The notes: a model not told the origin generated them from the letters alone. 64,000 nt of DNA from Acetomicrobium thermoterrenum DSM 13490 (GCF_900107215.1 NZ_FNPD01000006.1:49403-113402), one strand, 5' to 3'; positions 39,929 through 49,989 are shown, counted from the stretch's first letter. Numbers and translations: made by a program.

Positions 39929-40462
39929 ATGTTACTAGTCAAACATATCACTATCACTAAAGAAGGGAAAGAGGTGAGGTGTGTGACTAAAGGCACTAAA
40001 GAAGTCGAGCTCGACATTAAGGAGCTAGAGGATATCGTAAACAAGGCTAAGGAAGAGAATTTAGGTTTAATACCTCTGCTCCAGAGAACCCAGGAGGTAA
40101 TCGGCTATTTGCCGAAGGAGACCCTGGTAGTATTGTCGGAGATGTTGCACCTTCCCTACAGCAAGGTCTTCGGAGTAGCTACATTTTATGCACAGTTCCA
40201 TTTGACGCCAAGAGGACGTCACGTGATCCAACAATGCGACGGTACTGCCTGCCATGTCAAGGGAGGTCCCAGGATAAGGCGTGTCATAGAGGAAAAATTG
40301 GGCATCTCTCCCGGCGAAACTACCGAGGATTTGAAGGCTACATACGAGATCGTCTATTGTTTGGGTTCCTGCGGCCTGGCGCCAGCTGCAATGATCGATG
40401 GCAAGGTGATTGGAAGGCTGACTCAGGAGAAAATGAAGAGAATTTTAGATTCGATGGAGTGA
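39929..40462 (+). CDS. NuoE/HoxE-like [2Fe-2S] thioredoxin-fold subunit (StnA/HndA-like)
   Basis: CDGTACHVKG....CLGSCGLAPA four-cysteine motif. Confidence 0.8.
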   Translation: MLLVKHITITKEGKEVRCVTKGTKEVELDIKELEDIVNKAKEENLGLIPLLQRTQEVIGYLPKETLVVLSEMLHLPYSKVFGVATFYAQFHLTPRGRHVIQQCDGTACHVKGGPRIRRVIEEKLGISPGETTEDLKATYEIVYCLGSCGLAPAAMIDGKVIGRLTQEKMKRILDSME

Positions 40463-40472
40463 GGGGAGCGAA

Positions 40473-40874
40473 ATGTGCAGCTTTAAGTTGAAAGGCCCCG
40501 AGGATCTTGAGAAGTTGGCCGAAGAGGCCAGGAAGGAGCTGGTAATTAGGGAGGGTGCTGAATTTACGGTAAAAGTCTTCATCGGATCGCTAAATAACAG
40601 AGAGACATATAAAAAAGTGGCCAAGGCCTTTGTGGATGAAACGAAAAGGGCTAACGTCAGAGCCAGGGTGATAATTGCAGAGGGTGAAGCTGCTTCTGGT
40701 TTCGACCCCCTCGTCGAGATAAATACACCGCGGGACGGCGTTGTTCTTTACGCAAACATCACTCCCGACAAAGTTCCCATCCTGGTAAGAGAGCATTTGG
40801 TAAGGGGAAAAATTGTTTCTGAGTGGATCATCTCTCAGAAGCGCAGCCAGCATGTGCTCTTTAGCTGGCATTAA
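40473..40874 (+). CDS. Small HndB-like thioredoxin-fold protein lacking cluster-binding cysteines
   Basis: Sits between the NuoE-like and NuoF-like genes, as hndB does in hnd operons. Only one Cys in 133 aa. Confidence 0.35.
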   Translation: MCSFKLKGPEDLEKLAEEARKELVIREGAEFTVKVFIGSLNNRETYKKVAKAFVDETKRANVRARVIIAEGEAASGFDPLVEINTPRDGVVLYANITPDKVPILVREHLVRGKIVSEWIISQKRSQHVLFSWH

Positions 40875-40902
40875 TTTCTAATGATATATTGGAGAGATTG
40901 TC

Positions 40903-43900
40903 ATGTCAGTTAATTATCGTGCAAATATTTTGTGTTGCAGAGGTACGAGTTGTACGGCGGGCGGATCCCGTGAGATATTGGAATCCTTTAGAGAACAAAT
41001 AAAGTTGCATGACCTAGAAGATGAGGTCTCCCTTTCCTTTTCCGGTTGTCACGGGTTGTGCTCCATAGGTCCTATCGTGGTGATATATCCGGAGGATATA
41101 TTTTATTGTCAAGTAGAGCCAGAAGATGTGCCTGAAATAGTGGAGAAAACCCTTATTCGGGGCAAATTGGTGGATCGACTTTTGTTTAAAGATCCTATAA
41201 CGTATGAAGCTATCCCTCACTATCATCAGATTCCCTTTTACATGAATCAGACGAGAATTTTGTTGAGAAATTGTGGCCTCATAAATCCGGAACGCATCGA
41301 GGAATACATAGCAAGAGAAGGTTACCAGGGTTTGGCCAAGGCGCTTTATAAAATGTCTCCGCAACATGTCATAGAAGAAGTAAAAAGCTCAAATTTGAGA
41401 GGGCGAGGAGGCGGCGGTTTCCCAACGGGGGTTAAATGGGATTTAACAAGAAAAAACCCCGCGGAACCTAAATACGTGATTTGCAACGCCGACGAAGGGG
41501 ATCCGGGAGCCTTCATGGATCGAAGCTTGATCGAGGGAGATCCTCATGCTTTGATCGAAGGGATGCTCATCGCAGGCTATGCTATAGGAGCGCAAAAAGG
41601 ATTCATTTACTGTAGGGCCGAATACCCTTTGGCCATACAGAGGCTGAAAATAGCCATTGACCAGGCTAAGGAATATGGTTTGTTGGGAGAAGGCATTTTA
41701 GGTTCCAACTTTAATTTCGACATAGAAATAAAGGAAGGCGCCGGAGCCTTCGTCTGTGGCGAAGAGACGGCCTTGATTGCCTCTATAGAGGGCCGAAGGG
41801 GAGAGCCCAGGCCGCGGCCACCCTTTCCCGCAGAAAGGGGTCTCTGGGACAAGCCGACGAATATAAACAACGTAAAAAGCTACGCCTTCGTCCCCCAAAT
41901 CATTTTAAACGGTCATGAGTGGTTTTCCTCCATCGGCACGGAAAAAAGCAAGGGGACGGCAGTGTTTGCCCTGACCGGCAAGGTAAAAAACACCGGATTG
42001 CTTGAAATTCCAATGGGAACGACTATAGGGGAAATCATTTTCGATGTGGGAGAAGGTGTGGCCAAGGACAGGCAGTTCAAGGCAGTGCAAACGGGAGGCC
42101 CTTTGGGAGGATGTCTTCCCTCTGACGCTTTAAACCTCCCCGTCGATTTCGATTCCCTCACGGCTTCCGGCGCCCTGATGGGTTCCGGCGGAATGATCGT
42201 CGTGGATGAGACTACCTGCATGGTGGAGCTCGCTAGGTTCTTCCTGCAGTTTGCCGTGGCTGAATCCTGCGGGCAATGCACCCCCTGTCGGGTTGGCGGA
42301 AACAAGATGCTCGAGATACTCACGCGGATAACAAAAGGACAGGGCAAGATGGAAGATTTGGATATGCTGGAAGAGATAGCGAAGTTCATGAAAAAAGCTT
42401 CTCTCTGTGCTCTCGGACAAGGTGCTCCAAATCCGGTGTTGTCGACGCTCCGTTATTTTAGAGATGAATACGAAAGGCATATATTGGACTTAAGATGTCC
42501 TGCTGGGGCGTGTACGACTCTTGCGCCCTCCCCCTGTCAAAGTGCCTGCCCTGCAGAGGTAAAAATTCCCATCTATGTTTCTTTAATATCGGAAGGAAGG
42601 TATGACGAAGCGCTGGATATACACAGGGCATCCAATCCCTTCCCTTCCGTTTGTGGGCGGGTTTGTCCCTCTTTCTGCGAAGATAAATGTAGGAGAGGAG
42701 AGGTCGATGAACCCGTTGCAATAAGAGATTTGAAGCGCTTCATGGCCGATCGCGAATCTGAAGAATGGTTCCCTAAAGCTTACGAACCAGATAAAGGAAA
42801 AAGCGTAGGTATAGTTGGGGGCGGACCGGGAGGCCTTACCGCAGCTTTAAGATTGGCTCAACTTGGATATGAAGTTTGCATTTATGAAGAAAGCTCGGAA
42901 CTGGGCGGCATGATGAGGTGGGGCATTCCCGATTACAGGTTGCCCAAGGACGTGTTGAGAAAGGAAATAAATTCGATCTTGAACGTCGGGAAAATCGATG
43001 TCAAGTTAAATACTAAAGTAAGTCGCGATATCACAATTGAAGACCTGTTAAAAACTCATGATGCCCTTTTGCTGGCCATAGGGGCACAGGGCTCCAGGGA
43101 TTTAGGAATTCCTGGCTATGAGCTTTCCGGCGTCGAAAGCGGCGTTTCCTTGCTGCGAAAGCTAAATATGGGCGATGACCTCTCCTTCGTCAAGGGTAAA
43201 AGGGTAGTAGTGGTAGGCGGAGGAAATGTCGCCATGGATGCCGCACGATCCCTTCTCAGGCTAGGGGCCAAGGAAGTTCACCTGGTCTATCGAAGGGAGC
43301 GCAAAGATATGCCTGCCCTTGTGGAAGAAGTCGAGGCTGCCGAGGAGGAGGGAATCCACTTCGACCTCAGCACACGCAGGTGGCGCAGACGGAGAATATC
43401 GGCAGAAGAGGAGAGGGTTATATTCCATTATTTAACATCTCCCGTAAAGGTGCTCGGAGAGAATGGAAGGGTTACAGGATTGCTTTGTCAAAAACTTAAA
43501 CTTCACGACGAAAGTGGTAAAAGCCAGTTCGATTCCTCGGCCAGGAAGGTCTCCTTTCCGGTGAAAGGAAGCGAGTTTGTTCTTGACGCTGATGTAATCG
43601 TTGCCGCCATAGGGCAAAAGGTAGAGCAACCCTCATTGGAGGATTTGGGCATCAAACAACACAGGAATGGCACGATCTTGGTAGATGAGAGGAGCTTGAT
43701 GACCAGTCGGGAGGGCGTATTTGCAGTTGGAGATGTAGTGTTGGGGCCAGCAAGCATAGTGGAAGCCGTCGGCCAGGGAAACAAAGCGGCACGGGCAATC
43801 GACAGGTTCCTAAGAGGGCTATCCCTTCCTGAACCGCCTTCATTTATCGAAAGACCGGAGCCGCAAAAGTATGAAATTTCCGAAGAAGATGCGGAGCGAC

Positions 43901-44037
43901 CGAGGGCTAAGACGTCCATATTGTCGCCCGAAACGAGGGTTTACGATTTCAGGGAGGTCAACTTGGGTTTTCCCAACGAAGCTGTGGCCAGGTCGGAAGC
44001 GAGAAGATGCCTTCGATGCGACCTGGAAGAGCGCTAA
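40903..44037 (+). CDS. Fusion protein: N-terminal [2Fe-2S] domain, NuoF-like NAD(H)/FMN/[4Fe-4S] module, 2x[4Fe-4S] ferredoxin, and GltD-like NAD(P)H/FAD oxidoreductase (StnB-like)
   Basis: GRGGGGFPTGVKW FMN site, SCGQCTPCR, CxxCxxC clusters, then GIVGGGPGGLTAA and VVVVGGGNVAMD dinucleotide folds typical of GltD/NfnB. Confidence 0.85.
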   Translation: MSVNYRANILCCRGTSCTAGGSREILESFREQIKLHDLEDEVSLSFSGCHGLCSIGPIVVIYPEDIFYCQVEPEDVPEIVEKTLIRGKLVDRLLFKDPITYEAIPHYHQIPFYMNQTRILLRNCGLINPERIEEYIAREGYQGLAKALYKMSPQHVIEEVKSSNLRGRGGGGFPTGVKWDLTRKNPAEPKYVICNADEGDPGAFMDRSLIEGDPHALIEGMLIAGYAIGAQKGFIYCRAEYPLAIQRLKIAIDQAKEYGLLGEGILGSNFNFDIEIKEGAGAFVCGEETALIASIEGRRGEPRPRPPFPAERGLWDKPTNINNVKSYAFVPQIILNGHEWFSSIGTEKSKGTAVFALTGKVKNTGLLEIPMGTTIGEIIFDVGEGVAKDRQFKAVQTGGPLGGCLPSDALNLPVDFDSLTASGALMGSGGMIVVDETTCMVELARFFLQFAVAESCGQCTPCRVGGNKMLEILTRITKGQGKMEDLDMLEEIAKFMKKASLCALGQGAPNPVLSTLRYFRDEYERHILDLRCPAGACTTLAPSPCQSACPAEVKIPIYVSLISEGRYDEALDIHRASNPFPSVCGRVCPSFCEDKCRRGEVDEPVAIRDLKRFMADRESEEWFPKAYEPDKGKSVGIVGGGPGGLTAALRLAQLGYEVCIYEESSELGGMMRWGIPDYRLPKDVLRKEINSILNVGKIDVKLNTKVSRDITIEDLLKTHDALLLAIGAQGSRDLGIPGYELSGVESGVSLLRKLNMGDDLSFVKGKRVVVVGGGNVAMDAARSLLRLGAKEVHLVYRRERKDMPALVEEVEAAEEEGIHFDLSTRRWRRRRISAEEERVIFHYLTSPVKVLGENGRVTGLLCQKLKLHDESGKSQFDSSARKVSFPVKGSEFVLDADVIVAAIGQKVEQPSLEDLGIKQHRNGTILVDERSLMTSREGVFAVGDVVLGPASIVEAVGQGNKAARAIDRFLRGLSLPEPPSFIERPEPQKYEISEEDAERPRAKTSILSPETRVYDFREVNLGFPNEAVARSEARRCLRCDLEER

Positions 44038-45752
44038 AGGAAGTGTTGACGATGTCTGATATTACCTTGGAAATTAACGGCAGGAAAGTTCAGGGGAGCT
44101 CGGGAGATACGATACTAAAGGTATGCGAGAAAAATGCTATTGTCGTGCCTACACTGTGTCATTTCGAGGGCCTTGCCGATATCGGAGTTTGCCGCATGTG
44201 TCTGGTTGAGGTAAAGGGCGCAAGAGGTCTCGTTCCAGCCTGCACAACGCAAGCTACGGATGGCATGGCGATAGTTACCGAAAACGATGAAATCAGGGAT
44301 CTCAGGCGTTCAAATCTCGAAATGCTCTTTTCCGAGCGAAACCATTTTTGCATGTTTTGCGAAAAGAGCGGAGATTGCGAACTTCAGAAATTGGCCTACG
44401 AGTACGGCTTGGACCACATCAGCTATGGTTTCTTTTGGCCCGAATTGCCCATGGATATCAGCAGAAAATATTTTTTATACGATCAAAACCGCTGTATTCT
44501 CTGCAGGAGATGTCTGAGGGCCTGCGAAGAGTTGGCCGGACATTCCGTTTTGACAGTTCGAGACAGGGGGCCCAAAAGTATGATATGTGCTGACGTCGAC
44601 CTTCCCTTCATCGAATCTACCTGTGTCTCTTGCGGAACCTGTTTGCAAGTCTGCCCAACCGGGGCCTTGGCGGACAGGAAGAGCACATACATCGGAAGGC
44701 AAGAACATATGACTAAAACGAGAAGTGCCTGTGCCTTCTGTAGCGTTGGCTGTGAAGTAGAGATATCCTCGCGAGACGGCGAGCCATTGCGAATAGAAGG
44801 AATATTCGGCCAGGGGCCTACTTCCGGGATTTTGTGTTCAAAGGGAAGGTTTGAGCCCCTTTTCGAGGTAAATAAAAGGCTGGACAGACCGCTATTGAGG
44901 GAAGATGAGGGCAAAAGAAGCTTAAATCTAAATGAAGCCTTGTCTGTTTTAGCAAAAAAGATCAAAGAATGGGGAATTAATTCCTTTGCGGGATTGATAT
45001 CCCCTCGAGCCACAAACGAAGCTGCGTTTCAATTCAAAATGCTGTTTGGCGATAACGTCTTTTTAATCGATTCCTTTTCTGTGCCCCTTGGCAATGCCTC
45101 TATTGAAGAAATCGACGATGCAGATTGTATAGTCGTTGTCGGTGCAAATCTGGACGAGGAATTTAAGGCCCTAAGTTCCTTCGTCAAGAGGGGCGCGAAT
45201 CTAGGATCGACCGTCGTAGTCATGGGTTCTGCCGGGGCAAAGGTAGATATTCGTGCGACATATCGCTTTCATGATGAAGATATTGACTCTCTGAGCGAGG
45301 TCATGGGAAGGTTCTCTAATCCCCTTGTCGTCTATGGGCCGGGGACGAAAAGATCGGTTATGGAGTTTTTATGGGGGCTACGTCCCGGCGTCAGACAGCT
45401 TGGCCTGGCTCGAGGAAGCAACATTCGCGGTATTGAAAAGTTGAAGATCAAACCTTGGAAGAAAGACAAAGGGTTCAGAGGCTTATACGCTCTGCTGGGC
45501 GATTTCGAAGTTTCCGACGATTTGTTGGGACAACTGGGCAATGCCGAATTCCTTGCGGTACAGTCTTGCTACGAAAATGAAGCGGTAAATTACGCCGATT
45601 TGGCCTTGCCTTCCAGGCTTTGGTTCGAACGTTCGGGCACTTATATAAATACCGAAGGAAAAGTTAGACATCTCGAGGCCATACCTGAAATTGCGCTGTC
45701 CCTCCCTTCGGATGAGGAAATCTTAAAGGGTTTAATTAAACTGTTGAGTTAA
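44007..45752 (+). CDS. NuoG-like Fe-S subunit with a truncated molybdopterin-oxidoreductase domain (StnC-like; no catalytic module)
   Basis: 2Fe-2S N-terminus (CHFEGLADIGVCRMC), NuoG HxxxC and 4Fe-4S motifs, and an MopB Fe4S4 start ACAFCSVGC...LCSKGRF. Only 581 aa. Likely start is MSDITLEING at 44052. Confidence 0.75.
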   Translation: MPSMRPGRALKEVLTMSDITLEINGRKVQGSSGDTILKVCEKNAIVVPTLCHFEGLADIGVCRMCLVEVKGARGLVPACTTQATDGMAIVTENDEIRDLRRSNLEMLFSERNHFCMFCEKSGDCELQKLAYEYGLDHISYGFFWPELPMDISRKYFLYDQNRCILCRRCLRACEELAGHSVLTVRDRGPKSMICADVDLPFIESTCVSCGTCLQVCPTGALADRKSTYIGRQEHMTKTRSACAFCSVGCEVEISSRDGEPLRIEGIFGQGPTSGILCSKGRFEPLFEVNKRLDRPLLREDEGKRSLNLNEALSVLAKKIKEWGINSFAGLISPRATNEAAFQFKMLFGDNVFLIDSFSVPLGNASIEEIDDADCIVVVGANLDEEFKALSSFVKRGANLGSTVVVMGSAGAKVDIRATYRFHDEDIDSLSEVMGRFSNPLVVYGPGTKRSVMEFLWGLRPGVRQLGLARGSNIRGIEKLKIKPWKKDKGFRGLYALLGDFEVSDDLLGQLGNAEFLAVQSCYENEAVNYADLALPSRLWFERSGTYINTEGKVRHLEAIPEIALSLPSDEEILKGLIKLLS

Positions 45753-45791
45753 ACCGTAACATTAAATTAGTATATGTCCTTAAAATATAAT

Positions 45792-45828
45792 ATATGGGAA
45801 TGTCTCAGACATTCCCATATATTTTTAG
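45792..45828 (+). terminator. Rho-independent terminator after the stn-like operon
   Basis: ATATGGGAATGTCT/AGACATTCCCATAT perfect palindrome followed by ATTTTT. Confidence 0.65.
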
Positions 45829-45865
45829 GATATATATTATTATTTTATTTAAAAGCTATTATCGC

Positions 45866-46024
45866 TTATGCCGTCAATGAAACCTGACTCATCTCAACGG
45901 GTTGCATATCTTTAATCCAATCGCCGTTCTCGTCTTTAAACCATGTGCCATAGCTTCCAAATATTTCGGTAAAAAGAGTATCTTGTAATATAAACCAGTT
46001 ACCGCTTTTATCTTTCAACCACAT
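45866..46024 (-). CDS. Small orphan protein (52 aa) with a tandem W-x-KD-x-x-G-[ND]-W repeat
   Basis: GGGAGG Shine-Dalgarno sits 9 nt before ATG at 46024. Translation is MWLKDKSGNWFILQDTLFTEIFGSYGTWFKDENGDWIKDMQPVEMSQVSLTA. Below the 60-aa cut-off of the ORF track. Confidence 0.4.
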   Translation of the reverse strand: MWLKDKSGNWFILQDTLFTEIFGSYGTWFKDENGDWIKDMQPVEMSQVSLTA

Positions 46025-46332
46025 ATTTAAAACCTCCCAACCAGGAAAATTTTTTGGTGAAAATCAGCCCTTCCTTGTTGTGAGGCTTCGTCTTATTCGT
46101 CCTGGGCGTCGAAAGAAACCGTTCATATCTGTGATCCCCCTTTTTTCCTTGGAAGATTTATATCACATCCGAAGAACATTGTCAACTTAGGTTTACTAAA
46201 AATCTATAAATCTTATATAAGTTTATGCAATCGTTTGCATTTCGATCCCTTGCGCTTTATTAGCGGCCGAACGCTTTTTTTGCTATAATATATTTGGCTT
46301 AATAAAGTGGATACCCCGATGGAGGTCCTGTC

Positions 46333-46524
46333 TTGAAATTTTCGTCTAATAACGATGATTTTGCTTTTTTGGGTGACGTTGTGGCTTTGATCAATGCAGA
46401 GAAAGGTGCGTTGATCTACATGCGGAATGGGAAGATACTGGAGACAGATAAAAGCGTCAAGGCATTGAAGAGAAAATACGAGGAAATCTTGGATTATTAT
46501 CAAAAAAATTGGCGGGATAGATAA
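46333..46524 (+). CDS. Small protein immediately upstream of gyrB, possibly DUF370/RemB-like
   Basis: 63 aa. [18 protein letters not shown] loosely fits the DUF370 core. The slot directly before gyrB is conserved for this family in Firmicutes. Confidence 0.35.
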   Translation: MKFSSNNDDFAFLGDVVALINAEKGALIYMRNGKILETDKSVKALKRKYEEILDYYQKNWRDR

Positions 46525-46570
46525 AACCAAGACTATGGGATATGAAATGCAAAGGGGAAGTGGTGAGTCG

Positions 46571-48484
46571 ATGAAGACAACAGTCGCTGATTTAAAGGAA
46601 TATACTGCAAACGATATACAGATTTTGGAAGGCCTTGAGGCGGTCCGCCGCAGGCCGAGCATGTACATCGGCGATACGGGCATCAGAGGCTTGCATCATC
46701 TGGTCTACGAAGTGGTGGATAACGCCATAGATGAAGCAATGGCGGGATATTGCGATCAGGTGAGCGTGATCGTTTATCCCGATGGCAGCGTGTCCGTGGA
46801 GGATAACGGAAGGGGTATACCCGTAGATACCCATCCGAAGGTGAATAAGCCTGCGGCGGAAGTGGTGTTGACGATTCTCCACGCCGGGGGCAAATTCGAC
46901 AACAAAGCCTACCAGGTATCGGGTGGGCTGCACGGTGTCGGCGTATCCGTCGTCAACGCCCTTTCGACATGGCTTGAGCTTATCATATGGCGTGACGGGA
47001 TGGAGTGGCATCAACGCTATTCCAGGGGTGTTCCCCAGTGCGAATTGACCCCTGTGGGCAAGGCCGATCGGACTGGCACTAAAGTGCACTTCTTGCCCGA
47101 CGATACTATCTTTGAAGAAAAGGATTTTTCCTTTGACGTTTTAAGCTCCAGGTTGCGGGAAATTGCCTTTTTGGTGCCTGGCTTGAAGATAGATCTGAAG
47201 GATTTGAGGAACAACAAATCTGTTGCCTTTAAATACGATGGCGGTGTGATTTCCTTTGTGGAGTATCTGAACAGAGACAAAAACCCTCTGTTCAAGGAAC
47301 CAATTTACATAAAGGGAGATAAGGACGATGTCCTTGTGGAAGTTGCCCTCCAGTACAACGATTCCTTTCAGGAGAGGGTCTTTGCCTTCGCCAACCTAAT
47401 CCATACAGTAGAAGGCGGCACACATGTGGTGGGTTTCAGGACGGCTTTGACCAGGGCTGTAAACGAAATGGCGAGGAGGCAGAAACTTTTAAAGGACAAG
47501 GATGCAAACTTGTCGGGCGATGATTTGAAAGAGGGGCTTACTGCGATAATATCGGTTAAGCTTAAGGAGCCCCAATTCGAAGGACAGACCAAGACGAAGC
47601 TTGGTAACAGCGATGTCAGGGGTATAGTGGATTCGATCGTTTACGATGGGCTGATGGCCTTTTTGGAGGAAAAGCCCGATTGTTTGAGGCCTATCGTTGA
47701 AAAGGCCATAAAGGCAAGGCAGGCGAGGGATGCAGCGAAAAAGGCGAGGGAGCTGGTCAGGCGAAAATCGGCCTTTGGAGGGCTGGACTTGCCGGGCAAG
47801 CTGGCCGACTGTTCCAGCAAAGATCCCGAAGAGTGCGAGCTTTACATAGTGGAGGGAGATTCGGCGGGAGGCAGCGCAAAACAGGGCAGGAACAGGACCT
47901 TTCAAGCGATACTACCCCTTCGCGGCAAGATACTCAACGTCGAAAAGGCGCGCCTCGACAAAGTTCTGTCAAATGCCGAAATCAGGACGATTATTCAAGC
48001 CCTAGGTTGCGGAATAGGGGAGGATTTCGACGTCAATAAACTTCGCTACCATAGGGTCATAATAATGACCGATGCCGACGTCGACGGCGCACATATCAGG
48101 ACCCTTTTGCTCGCCTTCTTTTATCGTTTCATGCCGGGAATAATCGAGGGAGGGCACCTCTATATCGCTCAGCCCCCTCTTTATAGGGTACAGGCGGGCA
48201 AAAGCGAATATTACTGTTACTCCGATAAGGAGTTGCGCAATCTGGCGGACAAACTTGCTAACAAGAAGATATCGGTGCAGCGTTACAAGGGCCTTGGCGA
48301 GATGAACCCCGAACAGCTGTGGAAGACGACGATGGATCCCAACGAAAGAATACTGAAGCGCGTTGATGTAGAAGATGCCCTCGCTGCCGACGAGTATTTC
48401 ACGATATTGATGGGAGACAAGGTGGAGCCCCGAAGGGAGTTTATAGAGAGCCACGCTAACGAAGTGAGAAATTTGGATGTATAA
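46571..48484 (+). CDS. gyrB: DNA gyrase subunit B
   Basis: [38 protein letters not shown], Toprim [10 protein letters not shown] and C-terminal [10 protein letters not shown]. The ATG at 46571 gives an N-terminal length comparable to B. subtilis GyrB; 46535 is the alternative. Confidence 0.95.
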   Translation: MKTTVADLKEYTANDIQILEGLEAVRRRPSMYIGDTGIRGLHHLVYEVVDNAIDEAMAGYCDQVSVIVYPDGSVSVEDNGRGIPVDTHPKVNKPAAEVVLTILHAGGKFDNKAYQVSGGLHGVGVSVVNALSTWLELIIWRDGMEWHQRYSRGVPQCELTPVGKADRTGTKVHFLPDDTIFEEKDFSFDVLSSRLREIAFLVPGLKIDLKDLRNNKSVAFKYDGGVISFVEYLNRDKNPLFKEPIYIKGDKDDVLVEVALQYNDSFQERVFAFANLIHTVEGGTHVVGFRTALTRAVNEMARRQKLLKDKDANLSGDDLKEGLTAIISVKLKEPQFEGQTKTKLGNSDVRGIVDSIVYDGLMAFLEEKPDCLRPIVEKAIKARQARDAAKKARELVRRKSAFGGLDLPGKLADCSSKDPEECELYIVEGDSAGGSAKQGRNRTFQAILPLRGKILNVEKARLDKVLSNAEIRTIIQALGCGIGEDFDVNKLRYHRVIIMTDADVDGAHIRTLLLAFFYRFMPGIIEGGHLYIAQPPLYRVQAGKSEYYCYSDKELRNLADKLANKKISVQRYKGLGEMNPEQLWKTTMDPNERILKRVDVEDALAADEYFTILMGDKVEPRREFIESHANEVRNLDV

Positions 48485-48699
48485 TTTGCTATAATGACTA
48501 AAGTAATAGATTTTTCGATAAAGGGGCTACATTATATCAGATATATTTCACGAAAGAGTATACCTGCGTGTTAATGAAAGATTCTAAAGATGAGCACAGC
48601 TTTTGCAAGCTCGAGAGATTTGGGAGCGCGGGTTTGGTTCCCCTGGATTAACCTTGAATAAATAATTTTGGAAGTCTTTGCGGCTTAAAGATATAAAAT

Positions 48700-48732
48700 A
48701 AAGGGAGGAGGATTTCCTCCCTTTATTTTATA
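48700..48732 (+). terminator. Rho-independent terminator downstream of gyrB
   Basis: AAAGGGAGG-aggattt-CCTCCCTTT followed by ATTTTAT. Confidence 0.65.
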
Positions 48733-48765
48733 GTTTTTATTATCTTCGCGAAGGAGGAAGGCCAC

Positions 48766-49968
48766 ATGGAAATTTCGTACGAAAGATTGGTTTCTAAGGC
48801 AGAAGATGCGGTCGATCGATATTCGGGCGAAGCTGTCGCTTTGAGCGATTATCTGGCAGAACATCCCGAGGTCTCGGAAAGGGAATTTCAGTCTAGCAAA
48901 AGACACGCGGAGCTGCTCCGCCGTCACGGTTTTGAGGTCGAATACCCCTTTTTAGACATTCCCACGGCATTTTGTGCAAAAAAATCCAACGGAGAGGGTG
49001 CGAAGGTGGCTTTATTGGTCGAATACGACGCCCTTCCCGAGATCGGCCATGCTTGCGGGCATTGTCTCCATGGTGCCATGTCTACCCTTGCCGGCATAGG
49101 GCTGGCTCCTCTCCTGGATGAGGGAGATATCAAAGGCACCTTATTTGTTATAGGGACTCCAGCAGAGGAGACGAACGGAGCGAAGGTCACTATGGCGGAA
49201 AAGGGCGTGTTCGATGATCTTGATCTTGCCGTCATGATTCACTCTTCCGGGAATAAAAGCTACGTCAGATACAGGAGCCTCGCCATGGATGCCATGGAAT
49301 TTAGCTTCAAAGGAAAACCCGCCCATGCGGCAAGTTGCCCCTGGGAGGGCCGTAACGCCTTGAATGGCGTTCAGCTGTTTTTTCACGCCCTGGACATGTT
49401 GCGCCAGCACATTCGATCGGAAGCGAGGATGCACGGGATAATACATAGAGGTGGCGATGCGCCAAATATCGTTCCGGAAGCTGCTGCCTGCAGATTTTAC
49501 TTCAGAGCGCCCACCAGGGCTTATCTGGATCATTTGGTAGAACGAATCAGGAAAATCTCCCTGGGCGCGGCCATGGCAACGGAGACGGAAGTAGAGATGA
49601 AGAACTTCGAATTTAGCTTCGACAATATGTTGAGCAACGAGGCGGCGGAAAGTAAGATGGAGGAAATAATGAAAGGCCTTGGCATAGAAATAAGCGAAGA
49701 GGAGGGTTATGAGGGTTCTTCCGACATGGGCAACGTGAGCCATCGCTGCCCCGCTTTGCAGCCAAAACTGGCTATAAGCGATGAACCTCTGGTGACCCAC
49801 AGTCGAGAGTTCGCAGAAGCAGTGACGACTTCCAGGGCGCACGAGGCTTTGATCTTAGGCAGCAGGGCTTTGGTCAGGATGGCCCTGGCCATTTATTGCG
49901 ACGGAGATCTTAGGAGGGCTGTCAGGGAGGATTTTGAAAGGGCCAAGCATGGGGAAGAACTTTTTTGA
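48766..49968 (+). CDS. M20D-family amidohydrolase (aminoacylase/hippuricase-like)
   Basis: HACGHCLHG and GTPAEE metal-binding motifs. Confidence 0.8.
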   Translation: MEISYERLVSKAEDAVDRYSGEAVALSDYLAEHPEVSEREFQSSKRHAELLRRHGFEVEYPFLDIPTAFCAKKSNGEGAKVALLVEYDALPEIGHACGHCLHGAMSTLAGIGLAPLLDEGDIKGTLFVIGTPAEETNGAKVTMAEKGVFDDLDLAVMIHSSGNKSYVRYRSLAMDAMEFSFKGKPAHAASCPWEGRNALNGVQLFFHALDMLRQHIRSEARMHGIIHRGGDAPNIVPEAAACRFYFRAPTRAYLDHLVERIRKISLGAAMATETEVEMKNFEFSFDNMLSNEAAESKMEEIMKGLGIEISEEEGYEGSSDMGNVSHRCPALQPKLAISDEPLVTHSREFAEAVTTSRAHEALILGSRALVRMALAIYCDGDLRRAVREDFERAKHGEELF

Positions 49969-49989
49969 TCAATGTTTAAGAGGTGATAA

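Noticed and set aside
45600-45640. tRNA-like GGTTCGAAC motif
   Set aside because: It lies inside the NuoG-like coding sequence with no cloverleaf context. No tRNA or rRNA genes were found anywhere in the window.
46535-46570. 12-codon N-terminal extension of GyrB from ATG 46535
   Set aside because: ATG 46571 gives an N-terminal length matching characterised GyrB proteins and has a GGTGA-like Shine-Dalgarno. The upstream ATG has none, so the call is uncertain but weighted to 46571.
48485-48700. Possible small RNA between gyrB and its terminator (about 200 nt including GCGCGGGTTTGGTTCCCCTGG)
   Set aside because: No recognisable structure or family. It could simply be the gyrB 3' UTR. Flagged only as something to run through Rfam.
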